A DNA stretch of 64,000 bases from Phoronis australis (taxonomy: Eukaryota; Animalia; Phoronida): contig NMRA01000647.1 of NCBI GenBank assembly GCA_002633005.1, positions 1-64,000 of the forward strand. Reading direction: 5' to 3'. Shown in pieces: positions 32,226 through 46,000 of this stretch (within the stretch, counting starts at the first letter, position 1; each line of letters starts with the position of its first letter). The notes below the pieces were generated by a model. The model did not search any database. It worked only from the letters and a program-made list of their open reading frames with translations, and was not told the origin of the DNA. Made by a program: the position numbers and the translations under genes.

Positions 32226-34832
32226 AGATCAAGCTTGAGTCTAATGCTGGAATTAAAACTTACAAAAAATACCGACGTTGCATCCACATCTCACGGACTT
32301 TAGCTTGGCTTGTGACGTGATCGTTATTCTGGCCAATTGGTGGCGTTTTGGCTAAACGGCGCGGCATTGGCGTCAGTACACCATCCCATACGTGTGACAA
32401 ATCGAATCGTAAACCACCTCTTTTATTTAAAGAGGGACTCTCAATGCACTCATGGAGAGCTTCCTTTACACCCCTTTGAACCAGTCTTCTTCTCAGTCTA
32501 ATATAGTAACATCATCCGTATTGAAAACCTGTCCAGTAGCGCACATGTTGCTAAAAATAGCCGAATCATAAGTGTCCCCGTAACTAGGACGACGATGTTG
32601 TGACATACGCATTTTAATGGCTGTTTCGTTTCACCAATGTAACTGTCTGAGCACTGGGGATCCTAACACCTGACACCATAGACAACACATGGTTTGTTCA
32701 CCTTGGGGGGTCTTGTCTACTAGTATTCCTCCTCAAGGTGCTCTGTACATTGCTGAGGATTTCCTTGAGAAGTGGGTAAGAACTCTATCGGATCGTGTGC
32801 TTAATGACTGAAACTTCTCTTTTGTCCAAGGGTTTTAACTACACGGCCACTCCGACCAAACTTCCTACTCTTGTGGTAATATCTGCCACTGACGAAGCCA
32901 TCAAGCGCAAAGGTTTAGAAAATCCCAGGCCGATGGTCTTCGCCTGATGGTATGCAGTAATATCAAGAACGCTTGACCAATTAAATCTAATTTAAGTTGT
33001 GATGAGCGAAAGGCCTTGGTGAATTTGAGGGAAGACAATAACATCGTCATTCTCCCTGCAGATAAGGGTAAATGTGTTTGTGTTCTGGACTACGAGAATA
33101 AGTGTTTAGATTTACCGAATGATGCTGCGACTTACAGATCTATCAACTACAACCCTACCCACTGGCTTTGGATGAAGGCGGTGCAGTTAGTGAACTCTCT
33201 ACATCAGAGATGGGATATCTATGATACCCTTAAGTTTAGAGTAATGCCTCCCAGTGAACCTACTGTTCCCGCCTTCTATGGCTTGCCAAAGATACTCAAG
33301 CCCGACCCCATTCCGGTTCGCCCGATTGTCAGCAGCTGTGGATTAGTAACTTGCAACATCGCTAAACATGTTGCCAGTATTTTGAGCCCTCTGGTTGGGA
33401 AAACCCCTCATCGTGTTGTAAACACTCAAGATTTTGTGAACAAACTAAAGAATTTTGTTCTGGAACCGGATGAGATAACGTGGTTTGATGTTACTGCCCC
33501 GTTTACTAGTATTCCTCCTCTAGATGCTCTGTCCATTGCTGAGGATTTCCTTGCCAAAGACCCAGACCACGATTCGAGATGTTCCCTGTCAATTGCTCAA
33601 TTCTGTGACCTTTTGTCGTTATGCCTGAACACTACTTATTTTGTGTTTAACCAGTTGCATTACATTCAACAGCATAGACGTGCTATGGGCTCGCCCGTAT
33701 CTCCCATAGTAGCAACCCTGTATATGGAGGTCTTCCAGCAGCTCATTCTTAGTCAATATCCTGGCCACCCCCCTAGATTGTGATTGAGATATGTTGACGA
33801 CACGTTTGTTATTATTCGCAAGAATGAACTCTTTGCTTTCTTCAAGTTCATTAATGAGTTTGACCCTAACATCAAATTTACCCAGGAACCCTGTAAAGAT
33901 GGTAAGCTACCTTTTCTTGACTGTTTAGTCTCCATTAAACAGGACAGATCATTTGACACAAAAGTTTACCGTAAGAATACTCACACTGACCACTATCTTC
34001 AATTTGGCTAGAACCATCCTCTCATCCACAAGCTGGGTGTAAGTCGCACTTTGAACCACATAGCTAACACCATCATTTGTGATCCATCGACCATTTCTGA
34101 GGAAGTGAATTACACTAAAGATGCTCTTGCCAATTGCAGTTATCCACGTTGGTCGTTCACCAAAGCGGAAAGATCAAAGAGGAGAAAGGTAAACCCTCAG
34201 ACAACCACTACTGTTAGTTCTCCTACTCGTGTGGTTATTCCCTACGTCCAGGGCCTGTCTGACCGCCTCAAGAGAACATTTAAACAGTTTGACATTTCTA
34301 TTATCTACAAACCCTTTAATTCTCTCCGCAGCCAACTGGTTAATGTCAAGGACAAGACCCCCAAGGTGAACAAAGCATGTGTTGTCTATGGTGTCAGGTG
34401 AAAGGATCCCGGCCCAGTGCTCAGACAGTTACAGTGGTGAAACGAAACAGTCCATTAAAATGCGCATGTCACAACATCGTCGTCCTAGTTACGGGGACAC
34501 TTATGATTCGGCTATTTGTGCGCTACTGGACATGTTTTCAATACGGATGATGTTACTGTCTTAGACTGTGAAGAAGACTTCAAAACGGTTGAAAAGGAAG
34601 CTCTCCATGAACGCACTGAGAGTCCCTTTTTAAATAAAACGCGGTTCACGATTCGATTTGTCACTCGTATGGGATCGTGTACTGACGTCAATGCCGCGCC
34701 GTTTAGCCAAAACGCCACCAATTAGCCAGAATAACGATAACGTCAAAGGTCAAGCTGAAGTACGTGAGATGCGGACGCAACTTCGGTAATTTTTGTAAGT
34801 TTTAATTCCAGTATTAGACTCAAAGTTGATCT
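32226..34832 (+). mobile_element. Degenerate Penelope-like retroelement (RT + GIY-YIG) with an inverted copy of its 3' end at the 5' side
   Basis: ILPADKG, FYGLPKI, RPIVSS, FDVTAPFTSIP, AMGSPVSP, RYVDDTF, LPFLD, VYRKNTHTDHYL, IPYVQGLS, VVYGV..YSGETKQ..RMSQH across 33016-34600, with stops and frameshifts. 32226-32718 is a diverged reverse complement of ~34345-34832. Confidence 0.92.
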
Positions 34833-35515
34833 GACTGTTGCTAACTTCACAACCATGGTGACGTCACTGACTGTTGCAAACTTCATATTTAGACCACTTT
34901 CATCAAAATTAATTTGATTTCAAGTTCAGCTGAGAAGTGTTTGTAGGCTTCGAAAAATTGTCTGAATTCGTTATTATTTGAGATTGATGAACGGTGAACG
35001 AAATGAGTGGCTGTAATACTCCTGTGTGTGAGGAGCGCGTCTTCATGGCAAATGAATGATTCAGTTTGTCGATCAAAACAGTTGTTGAGTTATTTTGTAT
35101 TTTGTAGATCATCTTTGGTATTAATTACAGTGAAACGAGCGAACGTTATCTTCTGTCTTTAAGAGGGGTCTCGGCATTTTCCCCTTCATATTCATAACCG
35201 TATTCCATTATGGCAACAAATTCCGCTCGCCCAACGCGTAGTATAACGGCTTCTTCCTCTTCATCCTGTAACAGTGAAAATAAATGACGCCATGGAAATG
35301 TATCGAGCGCACACGTACGGAAATACATGTGTTTAAGTGTACGTTGCATTTCAAAGAGTTCAGCAACCGTTTCCCAGCCTTTAAAAGTGTCCAAAGGCAC
35401 GAACCCGGAAGTGGTCAACGGCTACTGCATACACTTACAGTGTCTACAAGCCTGTATTCAAAGTGCAATCGACGGTGCAACAATTTACCGAGGAAGGTGG
35501 TGGCGATTACTGCCA

Positions 35516-35715
35516 GCATGCGCGCACCCAGCCTAAAAAGTGGGGTTCGAATTTTTTAGATTGTGGAATTTTTGCTAAGTCTCACGGGGTACGTTCAGAG
35601 CTTTGAATCGTGCATTCGCCCAATTTTGGTAGTTTCTGCTTTTTTAGTAGACTTTCCTACTTTTTTTGTCTCTGAGGCGAACTTTTTGTCACACTTCGCC
35701 AAATGGGGGGCTCGT
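35516..35715. repeat. Dispersed ~200-bp repeat (second copy at ~54038-54262)
   Basis: GCATGCGCGCACCCAGCC...GTTCAGAGCT...TTTTTGTC(A)CACTTCGCCAAATGGGGGG is shared between the two loci. Confidence 0.75.
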
Positions 35716-38700
35716 TCTGGAAACCAAAAATATTAACTGAATATGACCGAATGTTGATCAATTTCATTGTGAACATTGAACAATGGTTGAATACCTCGTC
35801 TGATGACATGTATTCATCTTCCGATGACGCTTTTGGCGTCACCATGATTTTGGACGGCGCTTGGTAGCTGTTCCGGAGATTCTTGCTGGTGCTGGTGGCG
35901 GCAACTGTCGAAGTGAGGCCGCGGGACAGAATCATGGAGGACACTTTCGATTTCAGTGTCGACAGCATATTAGAAAACGTTCCATTGTCGCCCAGCCTAA
36001 AATTCGGGGTTTCTGGTCTGCTTGGTTCTTCTTTTTGGGACTGCAATTTCTTCTTGAATTTACTGAAGATCTGGAGTTTATGCATGTTTTTAGTCTTGCG
36101 CCGACCTGTTTTATTAACTTACACAATTGCCGGTAGAGATCGTTTAAGTAGAAGACTAGTTTCTGTGCTTGCAGTTTGGATACGGGTTTCCTCATTACTG
36201 AGACTAGATGCAGACAAGGACGCTCAGTGAGCATTATTCTGCGCTGACATGACGTCATCCTATTGCTGACCTATTTATTCAATCGGTCAATGGATTTATA
36301 ATGACATGCAGGTGGACTGATTTTAACCCATGTACAATAAAACTAAAGTAAATAACCCGATAAGCACACAAAATGTGGACTCAAAAAGCACATCAAAATC
36401 AACAGACCTAAGGCTTAAGAAAAACTTTCATATCTCTCGTCTGAGGTGGCTTTTAATATGCGGTAGTTTTAAAGCCTTACTTCAACGGAATTTTGTTACC
36501 TGATCATCTTCGCGAACTATGAAAAACGGATTTTATCCCATCATGTATTCGATTATTCCTTACTTCGTATAAGATTACTGATATCGATTATATGGTCCTA
36601 GAAAAGAATTATGACTCCCTATTGCACCTCTTTGCGATGGTACAAACATGTATCTACGTGAAAGTTTTACTAAGTAGCAAAACAATTTTTCAATTAAAAT
36701 GAATCCAAAGTTGCACTCTCGAAAACCAAGAATCAGTGGTTTTGGACGTTGTCCCAGAAGATGGGATCACAAAAATAATGTTGTGTAACAGGAGTGCCCT
36801 GGACATGGTGATTATAATTAAGATACATGCGCCCTCTAGTCGTCAAACTGCATTACATGTGGAATTTTCCATGATTTTGGGGTCCTTTGGACATGACCAT
36901 ATTTGGCCACGCTGTGGCCAGAACCTAGGAGTTATGGGCCCTGCCCTTCAGATAGTATCTGATTGGTTGAAACTGTCTACTTAAGCTTTGTCTCTGTCAG
37001 ACACGGGGAGTCCAGTCGCAGAGCTCGAGAAGTTAACACCTACACTCTCACTTACACCAAATTCCAACTATTTGTGCAGCTTTCGGGCTCCTCCCGAACT
37101 GGGTTACCAATAGTTTAGCCCCAGCAATTCTCGGGATCCTCCTGAGCTTGACTGCATCTCACCTTTCGGATCTGAATAACTAAATTGTCCCCGCTCTTAC
37201 ACATACAACTATTAGTTAGCGACTGGCCCGCCCGTGTACATCACAACGGTGCGACACCATGGAACAACTGGAGTGCTTGTAAGTGTGAAACATTGTATTT
37301 ACAATAAACGTATGTAATATTCACCATTTGATTTCAATATCACCCTCAGTCCGCACCGGGCTCGTAAAATCGGGGCGCCTTGGTCGTAGATACCGCCCCC
37401 GCTACAGTTGCAAAGGCAGTTTTGGCAGGGCAATCCTGCAATTACACTCGTACGAAAATTTAAATCGCGTTGACATGTGTCCGGTATATGCATGTGTTTG
37501 CAAGTGTGTTGAGATGGATTTACTCGACCTCCACGGGAAAGGTGATAATTCAACACGAGTGCATTTACGACATGATAAAAATAAATATCGTACGTGGAAC
37601 TACACTTGGGCTTAAATGTACGCCAGTTCAAACAGCATCATGTTCAGTGTAAACCGGGTTTTATTTGAGTTTGTGAGACATTTGAAAATAATAACAATTT
37701 CTGTGACAAAATGGTACTAGCTAGTGCTTATTTTTGTCAGTTTCTGGAGCTTGTGGCAGTTTGAGATTTCTTCGGATCTGTCTCATTCTATATCAAGTTC
37801 TTTGAAGGGTCTTCGTGAAATTAGAATTTCTATTGACATTTTGGACTGATGTGACTACTGTGGTGCCTGCATGTGGTGGATAATTACCATTGTGTCTGCC
37901 TTGATATCTAAGTTCGTTGATTGATCTTCGCGAAATTCTATCTATGTATTCCTAGTGATTGTGAGTCCAACTGGTGGTAATTTTCAAATATATCAGACTA
38001 CACTGAAAATGTATAAAAATAATACCCCTTACACCTTTATTGTTTGCCACCACTCTGTGGGTTCATACATTACGCCATGTGTAGCTCCTGTTATTTTATT
38101 ACAGAGTAATAACAGAAATAAAAATAGAATACAAGTTTCACTTATCTAACTCACCGTATGACCGTAATTGTCAGCGACTTAGTAGTGTTCAAGCACAGGA
38201 TTTGAAATAGACCCGGTTAAATAAATAAGTGCGCAGGATATGCTTGCATGGACCGACTTTGAGTCGATGAACCACAAAGAACCAATGATCATGAGTCAAC
38301 TCCTCGCTAGTTTTGTTACCCCAACACCTAAGCGACCTTAAGCCAGACTGTGACTAACCCGGCCTAATCGGTTCACATATGAATGCGTGTGGATTAGCCG
38401 CGCTGCTGAACAAAATGAAATCACTTAATTCTTTCAAAGTGCATGGAGTATAAAAATTCGAAGACGGTTAATATTTTCTTTTCGATTTTAGAAACAGCTA
38501 TGCTGGTCCTTTGGCTTCCTTATTGTTCGTTTTTTGGCTTTGACTTGTTCGCGTGAATTTTATCTCATGTAAAACCTTGATCGTCTGCAACATGACATAC
38601 CGGCCTTCACCCACAACACGTAAAACCAGCGATTCTATGGCAACAAGTATCTCACTGACCCAAATGAGAAAATATGCCGAGCTACGTGTAAATGTATTAA

Positions 38701-38810
38701 CACTGTATTATTAACTGCAGGCAACATACTTTAAAATGTCTAACATTTAAAGCAACGCAGACTATTAAGCGATGCTTCGACATAGACATAATTATTTCAT
38801 ATTACCCGTA

Positions 38811-39114
38811 CCGTATTCCCTGGCCTTTAGGTCCATGAGCCTATATCCACGGTCTTTATTTACCCAAGTGGTTAGCATATAAGCCTAGGTAATGTTCCCT
38901 GCATACAAGCGCACCAGTTTCTATTTAAAAACTTCGCTTGCATTTTGCCGCATTGCAGCGCATATAGGTCCATGGACCTATATCCGAAAGAATGCCTTTT
39001 TCTTGCAGACGTTTTAACCAAGTTGTTGGTATATTGGCTAATGCGCCTTAAGTTTCGCATATAGCGCTGTTCCGCACAGACGCCCATGACCGTATAATAG
39101 CGTGGCATATACGG
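38811..39114. mobile_element. Possible Tc1/mariner-superfamily MITE (TA-CCGTAT...ATACGG-TA)
   Basis: Short inverted ends flanked by TA; the internal TAGGTCCATG..CCTATATCC motif is repeated. The TIR is short, so support is modest. Confidence 0.45.
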
Positions 39115-40083
39115 TAGAGAAGAGGACTGAATTCAGTTTATACCCATACTCTATATCGTTATGCACTTGTCTGGTTAGTACATGTAGGTCGTTGAATTCG
39201 TGATGTCTCGCTTTTATTTCTTACATGTACAGTGTACCCCAGTTCTGTGTATGATAAGGAAAAACATCAGCGTTTTACTATACATCGGACAATACATCTT
39301 CCATGTTAAAACCTTTATCATACATGCAGAGGTATCCTTTGGCACGACACAATCTAGAGGTTGATCGACTTTCTTCCTCAAAAGCGATCAGTGGTAAGGT
39401 GAGCCGCAAGTAAGTGATGGCAAATGTGACCTTACTGTTCCTATAGTTCGAGAATGTCAGCCATACTAATAAGTCTTGTATTAGTACTTGTATTTGTTCG
39501 TTCAAAGAAAGTTAAGCCCTAGATTTTGGTCTGTTGTGTTTAAAGGATACTAATCCATGTTTTGCCGATTTCAACCAATCCTCGTTCTGTCACCTGCTAA
39601 TGCATCATTGGCGTCAACCGCCCAAGTTAAAGACAGGAATCAACTAAACCTAATACTCCCAATGCCACAGATTTCAAAGCATGGCTCTTGGTGGGTGGTC
39701 TTTTCCACAGTTACCGTGTAATTCGCTAATAGCGTCTAGGTTAAGATGCCCGTTCAGCAGACATTGAAAGAAGTTTTCAAATTTTCTCCAAATTGTTAGG
39801 GGTTAACGAGGGTTACAGAGCATTATTTTGTTTCACAGAATTGGACGGGAAAGTTTTTTTAGTATCTGTTAATAGGCAAAAATGGGTGTGGTATCCTTTT
39901 AACCTATACAAACATATGTATGAGTATCCGACATTACCTAATTCCCATATGTGTGAGTATTCTTTACACCACAACACTCTAACACAATGTCATGCGGTTA
40001 TGGCATACCAAATCTACGATACTTTATCAACAATTTGCTTCATGAGTTTAACGAAGCGTTCTGGCAAAAGGTAGCGAAGGAAC

Positions 40084-43000
40084 CTACACCAAAAGAATAA
40101 ACGCTATAGCAAGAGCCACGAACACTGCGGTGGTCACAACATAAAGAACCAGCAGAAATCTCTTTAGCAAACCATTTGGGTGTTTTGTCAGTGCTGGCTC
40201 GGAAGACGGTTTGTGATCAGTGGATCCGTTATTCATGTTGTCCATGGATATGGTCGTGTCGAATCCATCTGCAAATGTCAAAAAAGACCATGTGTATATT
40301 GTTGTGGACACTATGAATGCATGTGTAAAACAGTAATAATAGGCCAGTTGTTTGAATTGCCGCCAGTACATTATTTGGTTCTCCGGCGTTGAAAATGAGA
40401 GGAGCAATACTCTCAATAAAGGCGAGATATACAGTGCAAGGAGTGGCAAAGACTCGACAACTCGACTCAACGACTACTCTAACGGTTTTAATAAATCGAA
40501 GAATAAATTCAAACGACTCTCCTGCAGTATTCGTGACTGAACTAGAAAACATTCATTACGCTTATTCAAGATGAAAACTGCATGCAAGATGAATAAATTA
40601 AATTTTACAATCTTAGTACCATGACTAGGTCATAATTGCAGTTTTTAAGTCCAATGACAATTCGTTATTCCTAGTTTTCCAAGAAGAACGTGCATCGAAT
40701 GATTATTTGTCTAATCACGGTCAGGGCCCGGAATCCAAATCTTTGAACTCGAAACGAACTCGAAATTTTTTGGCAATTTACCTGCATCTTTTCTGCCAAC
40801 TTAAGATAAGTGGTTATGAAACTATGCTCGAACACATGGTTTACGCATATGAGTTTCTAGTCCTAGTTTGCACTTGATGACCCTTATATTCGTGCTAAGT
40901 ACTCTAGTAAAAACTCGAAATTGAGTTCAAACTCGAAATTTTGGCCATAATTTTGGGTTCATCAACCGCAAACTAGGACTAAAATATTTATCCACTATGT
41001 ACTCGAGCATAGAATAATGTTCACTTATTTTGAGTTCGCACAAATTTAAAGTAGAGCAGAAAATGCCAAACACAATTCGAGTTCCATTTCCAGCAAAAAA
41101 GATTAGAACCCGGGCCGCCATTTGATATCTCGTGTTTTAGCGATATGACAAATGACTCCCTTCGACAACCCAAGAGAAAGAAACTAATAGCCAAAGCGAT
41201 AGGTCTCTTTTGCTGACCAAAACCTCTCGTGGGAGATCCACATGTAAACTTTCCACAACACAGCTATACCAGTACTACGCCTCATCATGTAACACCAACA
41301 AAAGGAGGTCTGCATCACCACGTCATCAGAACCTCATAACCTAACATTCGAATAACCATATGCCTTGTACATGTATTTAGGCCAAATGTGTTTGTTATAA
41401 ATTACACGTGATGCATTGTTTCGTAAACGGTGGTAGGCATTGTTTCAATAATTATCTCTTCTGGCACACCAATCTCCACTGGATGGGGATCGAGCTAACT
41501 ATCTCCGGGTAATTTCAGTCAATTGAAAGATTTTAAAAAGGGAACAGCATGCTCCCGACACCACTGCTACATGCGGAAAGTTTGGTACGAACCATGGGCT
41601 TCAATGGATTTTCTATTCATCATTGAACACTTAACGTTACCAGCCTACAAGCTTCAGATCTCAAAGGTTTATTGGTTAACGGTTTCCTCCGCACTGAGTC
41701 ACTACGTTCGACTACAGAACCTGCTGCATTTAATAATATTTAAACAATCTCCCCATCACATAAGGAATTCCAAGACGTATCAGTGATCCAAGACTTAAAT
41801 TAAAGAACCACTGCATTCGCTCACATATTTCTTTTATCTAAAAATCTAAAGTCTTGTGTACATAAATTGACTATGTGTTCTTCAAGACAAATTTTAATTA
41901 AAATTGTTCTGTGCACGACTCCAGTAGGGGAGCAGTAGGGCAATTTATAGCCTTTCCGTTTCCAGCTTAATGGGGCTATTCGGAAAATCTACAATAACTA
42001 GAGGGCGTGCGTGTACTAGTGGTGATAGATTAACAGCCTCGATTTCGCGAGCCCTTTAAATACATGGTGAAATGGCTTGCAGCCGTGCCAACTGAATCTG
42101 AGATTGCGTAAAAAGGGTGCTTCTATGAGAGGAAGTAAGCACGACCTCATACAAAGGTAAGGTTTGTGATTATTTTAACGATTATTCCATGATTATTCTA
42201 CCGATGCCTGTTAACTGAGGCACTCGCCGATGTCGACTTCGCGGCAGTCAGTCGCCAGCCAGAGTCTGGTTAATCTTTGTATGTTGTGATATGTGATACG
42301 ATACTTGACGTAGCAATCGGGATCTTTTCGTACATCAAAGCATTATTATTGTTTGGAATGATTTCTAAAAGTTTATCAGTGACAGTTACATCAATCAATG
42401 CTGAATGTTTATGCTGTCAACTCGATACAGGTTAATGAGTTAAGATTACAATCCAATCCCAATGGCAAAGGGTACGTGAGTGATAAATATCCATTGCATT
42501 AGACTATTTGTTTACTCCCTATCATATGTCTTCTGGAAATCTATTACACGTTGAAATGGAAATCTATCACGTCAGTTTTCACGTAACCTTTGGTTTTTAG
42601 GTTTGAAGGCTTGTACCGTGCAGAGGAGATATGCATCGCTTCTGCACCGTCCCTGAATGGACAAAAATTGGTTTTTAGCATTTGACTGCAGCTAACCAAC
42701 AAGATCTTCCCATCCAGTGCAGATCTGTTGTCAAAGCCTACTTTCAATATTGGAGACAACGAACAAAGCCTTTGAAAAGGAACAGCTATTTTTAAAGTCA
42801 TTTTGTTAAATTACTTATTCAGGTCCCGAGGGGGGATTGGCATGGGGGGTTGTAATATTTGGTACAACTGAATGTGTGGAAATAACAGGTAATACATGTT
42901 TGGGGAAAAGAGCATGGTGAGGTAATTCTTAACCTTCACGAAGTCCCTTCAAGTTGATTTCATGAAACTGTTTTGCTACTTGTATCAATTGTAAAACCAC

Positions 43001-46000
43001 GAAAATATATTACATTTTCCGAATTCACAGTGACTGAATAGTCTTAACTCATGCCTTGAAATGTTGCAAGTCGTTATAAATTCAAATGACTGCCATTTTT
43101 GTGAAAATTGCATTTTTGATGGTGCCTTACGATTTGTAATTACTCTTAAACAACAGAAAGATTATCCATCATTTTTAAATGACCCAAGTCTTCATATCTT
43201 CTATTAGAAGAAAAACGGTTCCCTCAACCTTAGGCTAGAAGTATGCTTGACAGACCCATGAACCTGTAATCTGAGTTTAAAATTGCTGAAAGTATCAAAA
43301 TTAAAAAGGCTTGAAAATGGGTAACAAAGGTTTGAAGTTGTCTCAAAAAACTTGTATATTTTACAGACAAGTGATGCGTTTAAAGAATTGTTATGGCTAG
43401 GGATAAAAAATAAAGACACAGTTTTATGCAATACTCATTATATACACCCTTGGTTTCTGAAAATAGTAATTATTTACTTTTATGTGAAACTGTAGACCAA
43501 TCACCATATATTTTTGAAAAACAGGGATAACATTTTTGATCCAATCTGGAGTACTTAATTATTCATATTTCAATATTTGTTCCAGGTTCAGTGACATTTT
43601 AAGGCCACTTCAAGCTGTATCATAGACAAGCTTTGTTACTCCGTTCTCTTCCCACAGCACTTCCACACACCAGCAGTGCTGCATGGCACAATGTGCAAGT
43701 CAGTGGCCCTGGAGAAATGTGAATCGCAGTACTAAGTTACCATAAGACAATGTGCCAGTGGAGTGTCTGTGTATCCAGACGAACTATATCTGACTGCTAC
43801 ACAAATAAGCCTTGTTGGTGAGGATGCCCTTTCATAGGCAATGAGTCATGTGTGGACAATAGCTTATTTCCTTTCCTGGAAGAAACATGAGGGACTGAAG
43901 CTAAAGAAGACCTAGTCACACTCTGGTCTAGTTCAGAGTCTGATTTTGGGCTCAAAACGATTCAAGTGATATGCTGCTGTGTTTACCTTCAAGGGTCTAA
44001 TTGTGGATGTTATTGAGGCTGAATGAGGTTACATGAAAGAAAGCCACGTGTTGAAACTGGACCTTTTTTACAAGCGCTTCTATAGGCCATTGAAACTAGA
44101 ACCCAGTGAAATGAAAGCCAAAAGCTGAGTGACATTAAATTTTCCTTTCAGAAGAAAGGCTTTATACTATTGGTAAAAACTTTTCAATTTGGTACAGATT
44201 ATGGGGAAATGACATTCAGTGACTGCATCGATTGTCTTATTGTATGTTTTCAATTGTAGCTAGCTGGATAAGAATCTGCTATGCACAAGATTCGAGAATA
44301 AACAATTATCAGTGTATTTAAAAACAAATGGCAAACTGAAAAAGCACAGAAAGAAACAACATTGCGAGGGAGTCCATAATCAGGCATATCAGGTGCTGAA
44401 TTTCTGAATTACGTTCAATTCTCTCAGGTTATTGCTGAAGGATTGCTTTTCACTTTGTCCAACGGTGAAATAGATGGTCAGGCGGTTGGTTTCAGTTGTT
44501 TTTTCTTGCCTGTAACAGAATAGAAATATTAGCAAATTGTAAAAGAAAAGACAAGACAAAACTACTTTTGTAAGGCAGAACATACTTGACATTTCATCTT
44601 CATGTTTATGTGTAGAAACTAATAACCTTTGTACCCAAGTCTTATTTAATATCTGAATTAAAATATGTGAAACAGGCTAAAAGTGATTTAACAATGTGTA
44701 TTTTTCATGACACTTAAAATGTGCTTCTGATCTCAACAAGTAAAATTCATTCTAGGTGTCAATTTTTTTCCAATGCAATGTTACGACATTTACTGAATTA
44801 AGGCTTATTCATGTTAATTCGATAACTGAGCTGGTGGTCCTGGGGGTGGGGTCCACGATAAAATAAGGAAACTCACTCATCTAGAGAATTTTATTGGAAA
44901 CAGCATAGTTTTGAAGAGAAACTGCTGTGAAAAAGTCACTCTTGACTTCTGTGCATCACGTACCATACACCTCTTATTTTGGGAGCACTCCCACCCAGGA
45001 CAATATGAATATGTGCTGCTAGCCTACCCGGCATCGGGTGAGTTTCCAAAAAGAAACACTTAGTTCCACTCAATAAAACTGTTATTCAGTGGGGTAACTG
45101 GTGGGGATAACATCACCGAACGATGTTGATAGAAACTGATTGCTAAAAACTTACCAAGTAATGTTGTGTAGTCTCCGAATGGAACTGCATAGTCATAGAC
45201 ATAGAGCACACACGGGGCTTCAGCATCCACACACTTTTTGTCAGTTAGTTGACCCTGTTGACCGCAGTTGTCCACGAATATAGTAACCTTAGGTCTTTTG
45301 GGAATTTGTGGCCACCTGTCGAAGACTTGCACCAGGGAAATTAGCAGTAATAAGGCTTAGCGCGACGACGTATTTTGATAAAAATTACATCTTTTACCAG
45401 TTGTTTACATGCAGACAGCCACGCATGCGCAATTCAATCACCACTAGTACAGCAGCGACACCGCGAGGACAATTCTCCGAATAGCCCCATTGGGCTGAAG
45501 ATGTTGTGTTGCACATGTGCCACAGATTATGGCATCGATAGACGCTAAATTTGATCTCCACGTGGTTCTTTGTGAGGTGAGAAGTAATACATAGTGGGCA
45601 GAATACCTGTTATTACATCGTTAGTCGTTAGTTTTGGCTTAAATGATACTTTGGCTGCCAGCCTAGTCACCGCATCCATGAAGTTTTCGCGTAGGGCAAT
45701 GTTTCTTCTTTGTCCAAAATCTACATGTATGCGTGACACCGGATGTCGTGGGACGTCTACAAAACTTGATACTATACCTCGTTGTTTGTATTCTCGACAC
45801 CTCATGATTTCGAACAGCATCTCCCATAGCACTTGCACGCCTATCCAGACTCCAATCAATACAGTGAGTCGATAGATGAGCAGTCGAGGTAGCAATGATA
45901 TGTTAACGCCCAACATCAAGCAAAACGCTGAAAGGATACACGGAGATGAATATATTCCACCGCTGTTTATATAAAACATTCCATTTAAATAGTCATTCAA

